From: Candidatus Bathyarchaeota archaeon
GTDB taxonomy: Archaea > Thermoproteota > Bathyarchaeia > Bathyarchaeales > Bathycorpusculaceae
NCBI GenBank assembly: GCA_963717465.1
Contig: OY970340.1
Coordinates: forward strand, 2,368,001-2,432,000
DNA length: 64,000 nt
Reading direction: 5' to 3'
Shown piece by piece: positions 21,754-31,514 of the stretch. The notes below the pieces were generated by a model, which saw only the letters and a program-made list of their open reading frames with translations, did not search any database and was not told the DNA's origin. Made by a program: the position numbers and the translations under genes. The stretch's first letter is position 1; every line of letters begins with the position of its first letter.

Positions 21754-22986
21754 TTAGAAAAGTTTTCTAATCGAGTCCTCTGAATCAGTTATTTTTACTT
21801 CGCTTATTATCGATTCTCTTTCAGGTTTTTCGTAATGATAGATTTTAACGTCTTCAGGAGATAGCAGTTTCTCGTTAACCAATTTCTTAAGTGCCAAAAC
21901 AATGTGGTCAGAGTGGCATGTCATAAGTATTTGTTTGTCTTCGTTAGCTATTTCTGCAAGTATTCTAGTCATTTTCCTCTGCATCACGGGGTGTAAGTGA
22001 ATTTCTGGTTCTTCAATCATAATCATGGTTCCAGGAGGAGATAAGGTGCCCAAGACAACGGATGGAACAGACTGGTTTACTCCATAACCTGAATTGACCG
22101 CGCTAACCCACATGTCTTTCTCGACCAGGTCGATTACAACGCTTGGTCCACCTAAAACGTATGGACTAACATCTATACCTAAAAGTGCTAGCCTATCCGA
22201 CATTCTCTTCAGACCTTCTCTTTGAGCTGGATATCTTTTAGCTTCATTTATCTTGTAGAGTATTAGGTTTGACAACCATTCTTCAAGTAACGATAAGTCT
22301 CCTGCTCGCTTGGAAACCTCTTCAATCGATGGTGGCCCTGCGAGTAGAGGATAACTATACTTGGTAAAGCCTCTTACTACAGAGAGATAAAGTGCATTAT
22401 TGAACCACTCAATTACTTTGCTTTGAAGACCTATAACCCGCTTAAAGTACACTGCGTCTGTTGATTTGTATTGGCCACCGCCATATCCTGATCCTGCTTG
22501 AGACAAGAAAACTCTGTGATACGGTTCAACTGCTCCGGGTGCACCACTGTCCCAGAACCAAGCTTTTTCTTTCCCTACTAAAAAGTCTTCGATGATGCGT
22601 TTCTCCATCACTTTCACATCGTAGGTGACATCGTTTCCGTCAATCTTGAAGTTTAGACTGATCCGGATTGGTAGCCTGGTGTCATGGAGGTGAACCATTT
22701 CTCGATAATCGCCAAGCCTCAGCAGATAGTCATTATAGATTATTTCTCTTCGCAATATGCTCTGCTTCATTAAGACTAGAGCTTGAGAAACAGAGGTTTT
22801 TCCAGCAGAATTTAAACCCGTTATTATATTGAATTTTGACAATTTTAAAGTGGCATTTTTTAATGCTTTAAAGTTTTCAATATGTACTTCATCTAGCAAG
22901 ATGCAACACCTGAGTGACCAAAAAATTAGTCTTGATGACTTAAAAGTGTTGCTATAATTAATAGAAATCTTTCTTGTTTGCATCAT
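21754..22986 (-). CDS. ABC/SMC-type AAA ATPase (AAA_15/AAA_21-like)
   Basis: IENFKA, Walker A GLNSAGKT, SGYGVNQ signature, IEEPEIHLHP, TCHSDH. Confidence 0.85.
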   Translation of the reverse strand: MMQTRKISINYSNTFKSSRLIFWSLRCCILLDEVHIENFKALKNATLKLSKFNIITGLNSAGKTSVSQALVLMKQSILRREIIYNDYLLRLGDYREMVHLHDTRLPIRISLNFKIDGNDVTYDVKVMEKRIIEDFLVGKEKAWFWDSGAPGAVEPYHRVFLSQAGSGYGGGQYKSTDAVYFKRVIGLQSKVIEWFNNALYLSVVRGFTKYSYPLLAGPPSIEEVSKRAGDLSLLEEWLSNLILYKINEAKRYPAQREGLKRMSDRLALLGIDVSPYVLGGPSVVIDLVEKDMWVSAVNSGYGVNQSVPSVVLGTLSPPGTMIMIEEPEIHLHPVMQRKMTRILAEIANEDKQILMTCHSDHIVLALKKLVNEKLLSPEDVKIYHYEKPERESIISEVKITDSEDSIRKLF

Positions 22987-23088
22987 TCATAAAATTAAAT
23001 TAAAAAAATTAATAATCTAAATTAAAAATATTTATATGATTTGAAATTTTGGCTTTGAAAATTTGGCCTGAGAAATTAACTATTCAGT

Positions 23089-23880
23089 TCATTCTTGAAT
23101 TGAAGAAGCCATATTCTCGAAGAGTTTTTTCCATCCTGCAGACTTAACTGGTAAATGATTTAGGCGATCTATTCGAATTTTAATCGCATCTTTTTCTGGA
23201 CAATAATTAAGGCAAGCACCGCAGTATACGCACGTTTTTTTGTTAACGCTAACTTTTCCCTTCGTGTTAATGTATAAGGCTTCAACTGGGCAAGATTTTA
23301 AACATTTTTTGCAGCCCTTAGGGCATTTTTTAGAATCAAGGTTAATCGTGCCTTGAATAATTTTTTTTACCTTGATCACGCCGTTGCATAATTTGCAGCC
23401 TGGACAGCCTGTTTCGCATCTTGTGCAACAAGGGCAAAGCTCTGTTTGAATTATGGGGTAATACACATTTATTTCCAGAATTTTTAGTGGGCACCATTTG
23501 CCGTGTCGAGGACACACTGCTGCATTCTTAAGGTTAAGTTTAATGGATCGTGCAATTTGAGGAAAACTTCCAGTTTCAACAACTGGCACAACGTGTTTTT
23601 CATCTACGTAATGCTTTATCGCGTTAAATATGCATAAATTCTCGCACAATCCACAATAATTACATTTTTCCACGTCAATATCAATTACGTTTTCTTTGGA
23701 ATTTGTGCCATCTGGATCAATCTTGGGAAGTTTTATAGCATCTTTTGGACATACCCAATAGCAAAGGCGACAGTTTTTGCATAATTCTCTGTTTAAAACG
23801 AGCTTGTATTTTCTATTGTAGATTTTGCGTTCAATCGAGAGTTCTTTAGCTGAATTTTGTTTAGTTAGTTTAGATTGCAT
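23089..23880 (-). CDS. polyferredoxin (FwdF-like 4Fe-4S protein)
   Basis: Multiple CxxCxxCxxxCP motifs. Confidence 0.82.
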   Translation of the reverse strand: MQSKLTKQNSAKELSIERKIYNRKYKLVLNRELCKNCRLCYWVCPKDAIKLPKIDPDGTNSKENVIDIDVEKCNYCGLCENLCIFNAIKHYVDEKHVVPVVETGSFPQIARSIKLNLKNAAVCPRHGKWCPLKILEINVYYPIIQTELCPCCTRCETGCPGCKLCNGVIKVKKIIQGTINLDSKKCPKGCKKCLKSCPVEALYINTKGKVSVNKKTCVYCGACLNYCPEKDAIKIRIDRLNHLPVKSAGWKKLFENMASSIQE

Positions 23881-24000
23881 TTCCCAGTATTCACTCGTAG
23901 CGCTATGAAGTATCGTTAATCACTTTTCATATCTCCCAATTAAAAGTTCGCTATAAAAATGAAAATATGTATGTTGAAATTAATGAGAAGAAGGGGGGTT

Positions 24001-24334
24001 TTATGCAGCTTTAGTATACTGAGTTACCGACGTATTTTCTTTTGTTTGGGCTTTAATGTAGTATGTTTTTCCACTCACCCACTCAAAAGTAATGATTCCC
24101 GTTGCTTTCTCATTCGGCGCAATAACTGCAGGACTCCACACTATGGGAATTTCACTATCGCTGAATTGACTTGATTCACGGAAAAGCGCCACAGGCAGCA
24201 AATTACCGGCTAACTTCTCCTGTATTCTTTACCTCTATCTTGAACTGCTTAGGTGAACCAGCAACAGCTTCCAATTTTTCAACCACAAGCGTGGGCTCAA
24301 TTTTTTTCACTGCTTTGACAGGCCTAAAACACAA
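24001..24334 (-). pseudogene. possibly frameshifted small gene
   Basis: GGAGGTGA RBS, then a frame reading MCFRPVKAVKK...IEVKNTGEVS that stops near 24203, while the 24001-24201 ORF continues in another frame. Confidence 0.3.
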
Positions 24335-24602
24335 AACAGATCACCTCCAACTCCTCCTGAAACCTCCATGTTACCCATTACCCATACTAACTCTAAATAT
24401 TAATGTTACTCTCAAGCAGAAGATTTTGCATTTAAAACTTCCAAAATATTTAACCTGTGGAAAAGATAATAATAACTTGCCTAAATAAGATGATTAATAC
24501 ACAAATTGATAAACTTATTATTTTATCAAACCATCAAGTTAGGAATATCTGCAACTTTTCCAGTCTCAGTAAAGTTTATAGTAGTTTTTCTGCATATAAT
24601 TA

Positions 24603-25058
24603 GTGTTGTTTTTAAAATACAAATTCGGAGGTGATAATTTTTTGCCTGATGTTGTTGATACAGCCGTCTCAGTTGGTAATTTTAACACTCTTGTAACAGC
24701 AATAAAAACAGCTGGACTAGAAGAAACTCTAAAAAGCCCAGGACCATTCACCGTTTTTGCCCCGCTCGATGACGCATTCGCGAAATTGCCTAAAGGTGAA
24801 GTTGTTGAATTGCTCAAGGATAAGCCAAAATTAAAGTCAATTTTAACTTACCATGTGGTTCAAGGAAAATTTATGGCTGAAGACATGCCGAAAGTTAAGA
24901 AACTAAAGACAGTTCAGGGAGAAGATGTGAAAATTGACTCAGCAAAATGGCATGGACACAAAAACTTCAAGGTAAACGATGCAGATGTAATAAAAACCGA
25001 CATAATTGTTGACAACGGTGTATGCCACGCAATCAACAAAGTCCTTATGCCTAAATGA
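24603..25058 (+). CDS. fasciclin (FAS1) domain protein (likely start ~24642)
   Basis: [33 protein letters not shown]. Confidence 0.9.
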   Translation: MLFLKYKFGGDNFLPDVVDTAVSVGNFNTLVTAIKTAGLEETLKSPGPFTVFAPLDDAFAKLPKGEVVELLKDKPKLKSILTYHVVQGKFMAEDMPKVKKLKTVQGEDVKIDSAKWHGHKNFKVNDADVIKTDIIVDNGVCHAINKVLMPK

Positions 25059-25092
25059 TTTAACTACGTTAGAAAAATCGTTTTAGCTTTCT

Positions 25093-25509
25093 TCAATAAT
25101 CTCCAATTTTATTTTTCAAACTTTCCAAATAGCCAGGCAGACTTTCTATACATTGTACATCCCTGCCAACCAAGAATGAAAGAGCATGCCAATACTCTAA
25201 ATTAGGTTTTATTTTCGTTCTTTCCAGACCTTGCCTTAGCTTCTCAGTTCCCTGAAAACCGCGGCGATCAAAATCCAACAAGAGAATGACTTCAGGAACT
25301 CCTGCTTTTTCAAGCATTAAAAGAACATCAGAAAAAGATTTACCGCCTGTTTTAATGGTGATAATTCTTCCTTCAATGCCTAAAACCCTTAGAGCATTTT
25401 CATCTTTCTTGCCTTCCACGAGTATAATCATGCTTTGCGAAGAATTAGCCCGTAAGGACTCGATTATTTGAAGGATTTTTTCTTGTTTTTCTTTGAGGCG
25501 GTTTAACAA
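25093..25509 (-). CDS. TOPRIM domain protein
   Basis: ILVEGKKDE and LLDFDRRG. Confidence 0.85.
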   Translation of the reverse strand: MLNRLKEKQEKILQIIESLRANSSQSMIILVEGKKDENALRVLGIEGRIITIKTGGKSFSDVLLMLEKAGVPEVILLLDFDRRGFQGTEKLRQGLERTKIKPNLEYWHALSFLVGRDVQCIESLPGYLESLKNKIGDY

Positions 25510-25514
25510 AGTTC

Positions 25515-26627
25515 TTACCTTGTAATCTTTGCTTTTCGCACTGCTTCTAAACAGTCTTTGGCTTCATTGTTTGTTTGGAAGTATCGTCTAACGGGCTCCA
25601 AGATTTCAGCAAGTTGAGTAGCAACACCATTCTTCAAGTCCATCGGATGCAGTTTACCATTCAAGTACGCAGATTCCAGATCTGTAAAACTTTCAAAATC
25701 TACGTTTCCTCCGAATTTAGATGGACGTTCGATGGTGAAAACTGATTTCTCCCTAAAGATGATGTGCTTACAAATGTCCATGATAGGATTGTACTCGACA
25801 GTTTTTTCTGGGCAGAAAGCTTTGGAGAGTTTTTGTTTAATTTCTTCTGGTGAATCGTAAATGAAGATGCATGATTCAGGTTTACTTTTGGACATTTTGG
25901 CTGATGCGATGACTTCTTTTTCTTGACCTTCAGGGATGGGCCAAACTTTAGGTTTTTCTAAACCTTGTAGAAGATGGTGATGAACGCAAACGGGCTTCCA
26001 GAAACCAATTTTTTCTCCGATTTCGCGGGCAACCATGTTTGCTTTTCGTTGATCTAACCCTAGCTGGCAGATTTTTACTTTCAAATGAAAAATGTCTGCA
26101 ACTTGCATGGGCGTGTATAAGTAATCTGAAACGTAATGAGCTTCGCCTTCTTTTCTTCCAGCGATTTCAAGTGTGCGTGTGGTTCGGGCTAAAGTTATGT
26201 TTTTCGCCACAGTAACGGTCTTAGCCCAATAAGCAATATCATCATAGAGCTCATCAGAATAAATGAACTCAACTTTATCAGCTGGAACGCCAAGAGCCAG
26301 CCATGAGTGCCTGAAAAGGTCAGCTGCCTTGCGAATAAGCGCCAAATCTCCGCCTAGCTTGTTGTTTAGCCATGCGTGCCAAGTGGCAAGGAAAGCTTTG
26401 AAGTGAACGCCTGCTTCTGCGAAGTCTTTCATTTTGTAAGCACAAATAACTCCCGTACCCAAATGTGCTAACCCAGAAGGTTCCCAACCGTTATAAGCAA
26501 CTGGGTGCTCCTCAGTTTCCAGAAGGGAACGTAAGTCTTCTGGCGTCACGACTTCGTCAGTTGGCGGTCTGCAAATGAGTTCAATTTTCTTGTCTAAATC
26601 CAACGTAAACTCAACTCTATTCTCCAT
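25515..26627 (-). CDS. tyrS: tyrosine--tRNA ligase (archaeal)
   Basis: YNGWEPSG.AHLG, YTPMQVAD, GLDQRK, KMSKS. Confidence 0.95.
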   Translation of the reverse strand: MENRVEFTLDLDKKIELICRPPTDEVVTPEDLRSLLETEEHPVAYNGWEPSGLAHLGTGVICAYKMKDFAEAGVHFKAFLATWHAWLNNKLGGDLALIRKAADLFRHSWLALGVPADKVEFIYSDELYDDIAYWAKTVTVAKNITLARTTRTLEIAGRKEGEAHYVSDYLYTPMQVADIFHLKVKICQLGLDQRKANMVAREIGEKIGFWKPVCVHHHLLQGLEKPKVWPIPEGQEKEVIASAKMSKSKPESCIFIYDSPEEIKQKLSKAFCPEKTVEYNPIMDICKHIIFREKSVFTIERPSKFGGNVDFESFTDLESAYLNGKLHPMDLKNGVATQLAEILEPVRRYFQTNNEAKDCLEAVRKAKITR

Positions 26628-26655
26628 AGCTTATTATAATTATGAATTTAAGAAT

Positions 26656-27048
26656 TTACGTGGAATGGAGCCAAGTTGTTCTAATTTCTTGAATCTGGCT
26701 AAAATGTGGGTCATCTGAAATGCAAATTGCTCCCAGCATTAACGCTGTAGCAGCTATCATACTGTCACCCATTGAGAGATTGTACTTATGCCTTAATTCA
26801 GCAGAGATTTGGGCAACCTGTTCGTCTACTGATAATACATGGAAATCTTTCATGATTAATGCTACTCTAAGTTTAGCTGTTTCTTTTCCTTCTCGGGCAA
26901 GGCAAATTTGGAATAATTCGTGAATGGATATCGCTGAAATGTATTTTTCTCGGTATCTTTTTTCCTCTAATATTTTCGGATAAATTTTTTTATCTTTAGA
27001 ATAGAAAAGCTCGACAAAGAATCTGGTGTCGTATACCTTTCTATTCAT
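26656..27048 (-). CDS. PIN-domain VapC-type toxin
   Basis: VYDT..F, HE, LSMGDSMIAATA, SDDPHF; overlaps the antitoxin stop. Confidence 0.88.
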   Translation of the reverse strand: MNRKVYDTRFFVELFYSKDKKIYPKILEEKRYREKYISAISIHELFQICLAREGKETAKLRVALIMKDFHVLSVDEQVAQISAELRHKYNLSMGDSMIAATALMLGAICISDDPHFSQIQEIRTTWLHST

Positions 27049-27271
27049 CTTCTTCCCTTAGTTTATCAAGCAACTTCTTCATTTCTTCTGGAGTTGCGTA
27101 CTTTGAGCCTGAACCGATCATATCCCAAATTGACATTTTGGGCTTGAGCAATATGCCTTCATTTGTATCAATTACTTCAAGCCTTGTTCCTTCTTCAATT
27201 TTGTATTTTTTGCGAAGGTTTACAGGAATAGTTGTCTGACCCTTTCTTGTTACTACAACTTCATTTTCCAA
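27041..27271 (-). CDS. AbrB/MazE/SpoVT family antitoxin
   Basis: VTRKGQTTIPVNLRKKYKIEEG. Confidence 0.9.
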   Translation of the reverse strand: MENEVVVTRKGQTTIPVNLRKKYKIEEGTRLEVIDTNEGILLKPKMSIWDMIGSGSKYATPEEMKKLLDKLREEDE

Positions 27272-27343
27272 CTTTAATGCACTACTACTTTACAGTGTTC
27301 TTACATTTTTAAACATTATCAAAAAAGATTTCATGAATTGTTC

Positions 27344-27550
27344 ATTCGCGGGCTGTTTGTCTCCCACGTAACCTAACACTTAACCGCATAGCTGAGCGTC
27401 GCTTTAAGCTTGGCTAAGCTCTCTCGGCGTGGGATTTTTGCCCGGTCCCATCTGTCCCATGTTTGGGTGAACTCGCCATCACCGCAACGCAAGTTTTGTA
27501 GGTCTTGCAGCTTCCGTTGAGTCCGTCGGCATGGATGTATTGATGGGATA
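27344..27550 (-). ncRNA. structured GC-richer intergenic tract, possibly a tnpB/omega-RNA-derived relic
   Basis: Two adjacent closed domains (27446-27452/27542-27548; 27349-27353/27440-27444 with 27362-27368/27428-27434); minus frame reads YIHADGLNGS. Confidence 0.35.
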
Positions 27551-27612
27551 TGAGATTAGAAGAATTCTTGCAAGTTTAAGTATTGCTGTGTCTGTGTCTC
27601 AAGCAGACTGTG

Positions 27613-28704
27613 TTATTTGATTATATTTTTTGGTTTTCCTTGGATGAATGATTGAATGTTTTCGATGGTTGTGTTAACTAGTCGCTCCATTGATTCCTTG
27701 CTGTTGAATGCGCAATGCGGCGTGATGATGACGTTGTTTAGCCTTAGAAGTATGTGAGTTCTAAGCATGGTGGCTAAGCGTTCGCGTGGTACATTGTCTA
27801 GTAATAGTTGTGCTTCTTCGCGGATAAGTGATTCTTCTTCAAGAACATCTAAGCCGGCGCCAGCGATGTCGCCGTTTTTTAAGGCTTCTGTTAAGGCTTC
27901 GGTATCGATGAGCCCGCCGCGTGCAGTGTTTATTACTATTGCGGTTTTTTTCATGGTTCTAATGGTATTCTTATTGAGGAAATGGTAAGTTTCATCATTC
28001 AGAGGCAAGTGAAGCGTAACCACGTCGGAATTGCTCAGCAAATCTTTTGAATCAGTATATTTGAAGCCCAGTGAATCAGCAAGCTTAATGTTAGCATATT
28101 TATCGTAAGCTAAAACATTCATTTTGAAGCCTTTGGCAATTTCTATCACTTTTGTTCCAATCCTGCCTGTTCCAAGAACTCCTATGACTTTGCCGTTCAA
28201 ATCAAAGCCGTTTATGCCGCCGCAAGTGAAATTGCCAAGACGAGTTTGTTGATCAAAAGAGTGGATTCCGCGGGAAAGGGAAAGAATCAAAGCAAAAGTG
28301 TGCTCAGCGACCGTGTTTTCACCGTAAAGCGGGACATAACAAACTGTAATGCCCTTGTTTTTACATTCTTGGATGTCAATGTGGTCAAAACCTGTTGAGC
28401 GAGTTGCAATCAGCCTGGTCTTGGATAGTCTACTTATTAATTCCTTGTTTAAGTTTGAGTAAATGAATACTGAGATTATGCTGTAATCTGCTACTTGGTC
28501 GACATTTGCTTCATTTAAAGACTCCGTAAACAATCGAACTTGATGTCCTTCGAATGCAGACTTAAGGAAAGGCTCCTCCCAGTCTTGAACCTCAAAAAAA
28601 GCAATATTCACAAAAACCACTATAAAATAGATAGAATAAACAACACAATTAAAGGTTAGGTTAACCGCAAGCTGTTCAAAGCTGCCCATTAGTAAGCATA
28701 GCAT
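27613..28704 (-). CDS. D-isomer-specific 2-hydroxyacid dehydrogenase (D-lactate DH-like; start probably ~28612)
   Basis: TRSTGFDHID, GTGRIG, INTARG, GLDVLE, ITPHCAF. Confidence 0.92.
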   Translation of the reverse strand: MLCLLMGSFEQLAVNLTFNCVVYSIYFIVVFVNIAFFEVQDWEEPFLKSAFEGHQVRLFTESLNEANVDQVADYSIISVFIYSNLNKELISRLSKTRLIATRSTGFDHIDIQECKNKGITVCYVPLYGENTVAEHTFALILSLSRGIHSFDQQTRLGNFTCGGINGFDLNGKVIGVLGTGRIGTKVIEIAKGFKMNVLAYDKYANIKLADSLGFKYTDSKDLLSNSDVVTLHLPLNDETYHFLNKNTIRTMKKTAIVINTARGGLIDTEALTEALKNGDIAGAGLDVLEEESLIREEAQLLLDNVPRERLATMLRTHILLRLNNVIITPHCAFNSKESMERLVNTTIENIQSFIQGKPKNIIK

Positions 28705-28747
28705 GACTAGAGAAAAGAGGATTTAGAAACTGTTCAGGAACTAGAAG

Positions 28748-29011
28748 TTAGAAGTATCTGTTGACGTAGATGATTGATGTGAATCCGCATGTTGGGCAGT
28801 TGATTTTGAACTTGTTGTAGTCGTTTTTTATAAAGGCAGGGTATCCCTCGAGGTTTCTCACAGTTATAATGTAGTCTAGGTTGGGCTCGCTCGTTAGGCT
28901 TTGAATGTTTCTGAGGTTCTTAGTGAACTCGGCTTTGCATTGTGGACAATCTATTGTTACGGCGTCCCCGCAGAACGATTTAAGATAGTTTCCCTGAAAG
29001 GCGATTTTTGC
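28748..29011 (-). pseudogene. 5'-truncated paralogue of the element gene 43590-44129 (double-CxxC protein)
   Basis: Manual translation AKIAFQGNYLKSFCGDAVTIDCPQCK...CPTCGFTSIIYVNRYF*; 58/87 aa identical by hand count; no start codon ahead of the homologous part. Confidence 0.8.
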
Positions 29012-29194
29012 CCCTGTGCAAGCTGAATTTTTTACAAGAAACTCCTGGCTTTGCCATGATTGCCACGACTGCCAGGGTTAAAAATGACTCCGTCGATTAC
29101 AAACATTTGATGTTTTAATAAAAAATCCGCTAAAACCCGCTGAAGAACCCCTTAGAAACTTCAAAAACTACAGTGTCGAATACCATTAGGCAAG

Positions 29195-29268
29195 GGCCGA
29201 GGCAGGGATTTGAACCCTGGCAAAAGGCTCCACAGGCCTCTAGGCTACCAAGCTACCTCACCTCGGCC
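29195..29268 (-). tRNA. tRNA-His(GTG), with genomic G-1 and no encoded CCA
   Basis: (G)GCCGAGG..AGGT AGCTTGGT AGCCT A GAGGC CT GTG GA GCCTT TTGC CAGGG TTCAAAT CCCTG CCTCGGC C cloverleaf. Confidence 0.93.
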
Positions 29269-29347
29269 ACTTTTCCATGCCAAACAATGTCTTCGGCCGC
29301 TTTTCACTAACTTCAGCTTAAGCTTCTTAAGTTTCATAGCATCGCCT

Positions 29348-30667
29348 TTATTTTCTTTTACGGAAGATTTTTCCTCCATCATTGTACTCTCCTGTAATAT
29401 ATTCGAATCCTACCTCGATTAGTTTGCATGCGTCTTCAGCGGTAAATGCCAAGCGTGTTATGAATTGGTCATTCGGCAAGGTTTTAAAGAGGTTCTTTTC
29501 CAGTTGAACGTACAGCCTGGTGTTTTCTATGTTCTTATGGCCAAGGAATTCAGCAACAAGAAGGATATCCGGTGTGTAATGATAGAGCATTGTTCCTTTC
29601 CAATACCTAAAAGTATGCATGTGAATTTCTTTAAGGCGTGGATTCCCAAGTCTGAAAGCTAATTTATTTCTAGTCCTGCAGAGTTGATTCTTCAGCACAT
29701 TCAATGTCATTTTGCCAAATACTAGCTCACTATCTCGCGGCAAATTGCTAAGCATGTTAAGCAGTTTTCCGCTCAGATCGCTAAAGATTCTCGCGTTACT
29801 TCCTTTCTCGGGACAATTGCACATTATAACTCTTCTTTCTAAGTCGACGTCTTTCCAAGGAAGAGCAATAACTTCGCCTCTTCGCATTGCAGTTTCTTTA
29901 AGCAGTTGCAGGAAAGTGGCCAGTATATTCGGTGATCCAGCAATTAGATCGTCTATTTCTTGCTCGGTTGGAATAAATGGGTTTTTGCGGATAATCTCAT
30001 ATATCGGTGCGTCCCAAGATAGCCCAATGAACTTTAAGAAGTCAGTGTAAGCATTGATCACGTTTCTTTTTCGGCTGCCACTCCAAATTTTACCATTGAA
30101 AGCCGTTTCTATGTTGGACTGTTTTGCTATGACTTCTTTCACTGTTTCAGGATCTGCCAGGTTAGCGCCTCTAGAGATCAGCGTTCTTAAAACTGAGCTG
30201 CTTAAGCGTATGGTCGAGTCCTTGTAGCCTTGAAGCTTCATTTTAACTTCAAATTTTAATAGCATGCCTTTGACGTCTTTTTCATCACTCGCAACAGTCT
30301 TAAATTCTGCTGCGGTAGCCAAATTTTTCGTTGTCTCCTTTTTCTCCTCAACATCAACGCATATTTGGCGATTGCTTCTTTGCCCTGCAAACCTTAAATA
30401 ATTTTCCGAGAACCTACGCCCGCAATCAGTACATTTTAGAATACTTGTTTGTTTACCATCACCAAGCTTTCTTGAGCCATTATGCACTGTTCTGATACTG
30501 CCACATTCAGGACACTTTAAATCGGCTGTAACCTGAAGGTTTCGGGTAGGCTGAAGTTCATTTGGGAGCGCCTTAGCGTCGACTTGGAGGCGGCCAGAAT
30601 CAACGCTACTGCCAGAGCCTAAGAAGTGGTTAGCAAGCGCTTTTCCCTGAGCTTCAACCTCAACCAA
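29348..30667 (-). CDS. tyrosine recombinase/integrase with N-terminal zinc ribbon
   Basis: MRRGE (R), EKG (K), HTFRY (HxxR), LGH, TRLY (Y); CPEC..CTDC N-terminal to the core. Confidence 0.92.
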   Translation of the reverse strand: MVEVEAQGKALANHFLGSGSSVDSGRLQVDAKALPNELQPTRNLQVTADLKCPECGSIRTVHNGSRKLGDGKQTSILKCTDCGRRFSENYLRFAGQRSNRQICVDVEEKKETTKNLATAAEFKTVASDEKDVKGMLLKFEVKMKLQGYKDSTIRLSSSVLRTLISRGANLADPETVKEVIAKQSNIETAFNGKIWSGSRKRNVINAYTDFLKFIGLSWDAPIYEIIRKNPFIPTEQEIDDLIAGSPNILATFLQLLKETAMRRGEVIALPWKDVDLERRVIMCNCPEKGSNARIFSDLSGKLLNMLSNLPRDSELVFGKMTLNVLKNQLCRTRNKLAFRLGNPRLKEIHMHTFRYWKGTMLYHYTPDILLVAEFLGHKNIENTRLYVQLEKNLFKTLPNDQFITRLAFTAEDACKLIEVGFEYITGEYNDGGKIFRKRK

Positions 30668-30861
30668 ACTAACAAGAGCCTCCAGTACTGCTTAATGAAA
30701 AATCCTGTAACGCAACACTAAAATCAGGTATAGAATTTGCGACATTTTGCGGCAAATAAGGATTCTCAACAACCGCTGGAACTTGTAACGCAAACCTTAA
30801 TTCGTTAAGAAATTTTGCACTTTTTTGCACCAAAAGGGGCATTCTGCAAATTAGGTTATCG

Positions 30862-31113
30862 TTACAGTTCTGCATTCAGCCCCAGCTCCTTAAATTCTGC
30901 TGCCTTTTCAGCCCATTCTAGCCATTTTTTTGTTTTTCCTTTTCCGTTACAAATTCTTTCAGTGGCAAGGTGGTCTTTTCTGGACAAAACTGGACAAAAT
31001 CCGACAAAATCCAACACTGTTATTGCGTTACATGCAAAATTTGCTAATCTCGCATACCCCCGTTTTCCCTCAAAATACCACAAATTCTTAGGCTTACCGT
31101 TACAGCATTGCAT
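30862..31113 (-). CDS. hypothetical element protein
   Basis: Overlaps neighbouring ORFs in a co-oriented run. Confidence 0.4.
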   Translation of the reverse strand: MQCCNGKPKNLWYFEGKRGYARLANFACNAITVLDFVGFCPVLSRKDHLATERICNGKGKTKKWLEWAEKAAEFKELGLNAEL

Positions 31114-31513
31114 CGCGGCTTTCCTCCTCTGTGATGTTATGTGAGGTTTCCTGTTTCTCCTCTAATTCACTGTTTGATAGGTCAGGTAATGCAATTGGAA
31201 TCTGGTCCTCTAATGGCTCTGCTACTGGTTGCAGTTGGCGCCACATAGCATTTTCAACCGAGCCTATAGGCGGCCTTACAGTTTGGCGAGCTCGGAAGAA
31301 ATAAACCCGGTGTTTCGAAGAGCAGAATTTAGCGCGGCGAGTACGAGCTGGAAAATTAGTATGACAGAAAAGGCATGTTGCCATTAACGCATCCTTGTGT
31401 TTTGTGACGTTTTGTAACAATTCAGTCTGCAGAATCTCTTTTTGCGTTACATCGCTTGTCGAGGTTAGTTCATTTGAACTTACCCTTCCAGTTGAGACGC
31501 TGGGTGTAGTCAT
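31100..31513 (-). CDS. zinc-finger protein
   Basis: CLFC...RAKFCSSKHR motif; starts 1 nt after the helicase stop. Confidence 0.55.
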   Translation of the reverse strand: MTTPSVSTGRVSSNELTSTSDVTQKEILQTELLQNVTKHKDALMATCLFCHTNFPARTRRAKFCSSKHRVYFFRARQTVRPPIGSVENAMWRQLQPVAEPLEDQIPIALPDLSNSELEEKQETSHNITEEESRDAML

Positions 31514-31514
31514 T

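Noticed and set aside
27344..27550. RNase P/SRP RNA, fluoride or TPP riboswitch, HDV-like ribozyme
   Set aside because: Isolated motif fragments only (GGUGAUGG..UUCACC, GCGAAU); the required consensus elements could not be assembled.
29210..29422. 70-aa plus-strand ORF
   Set aside because: Antisense to tRNA-His and the integrase end.
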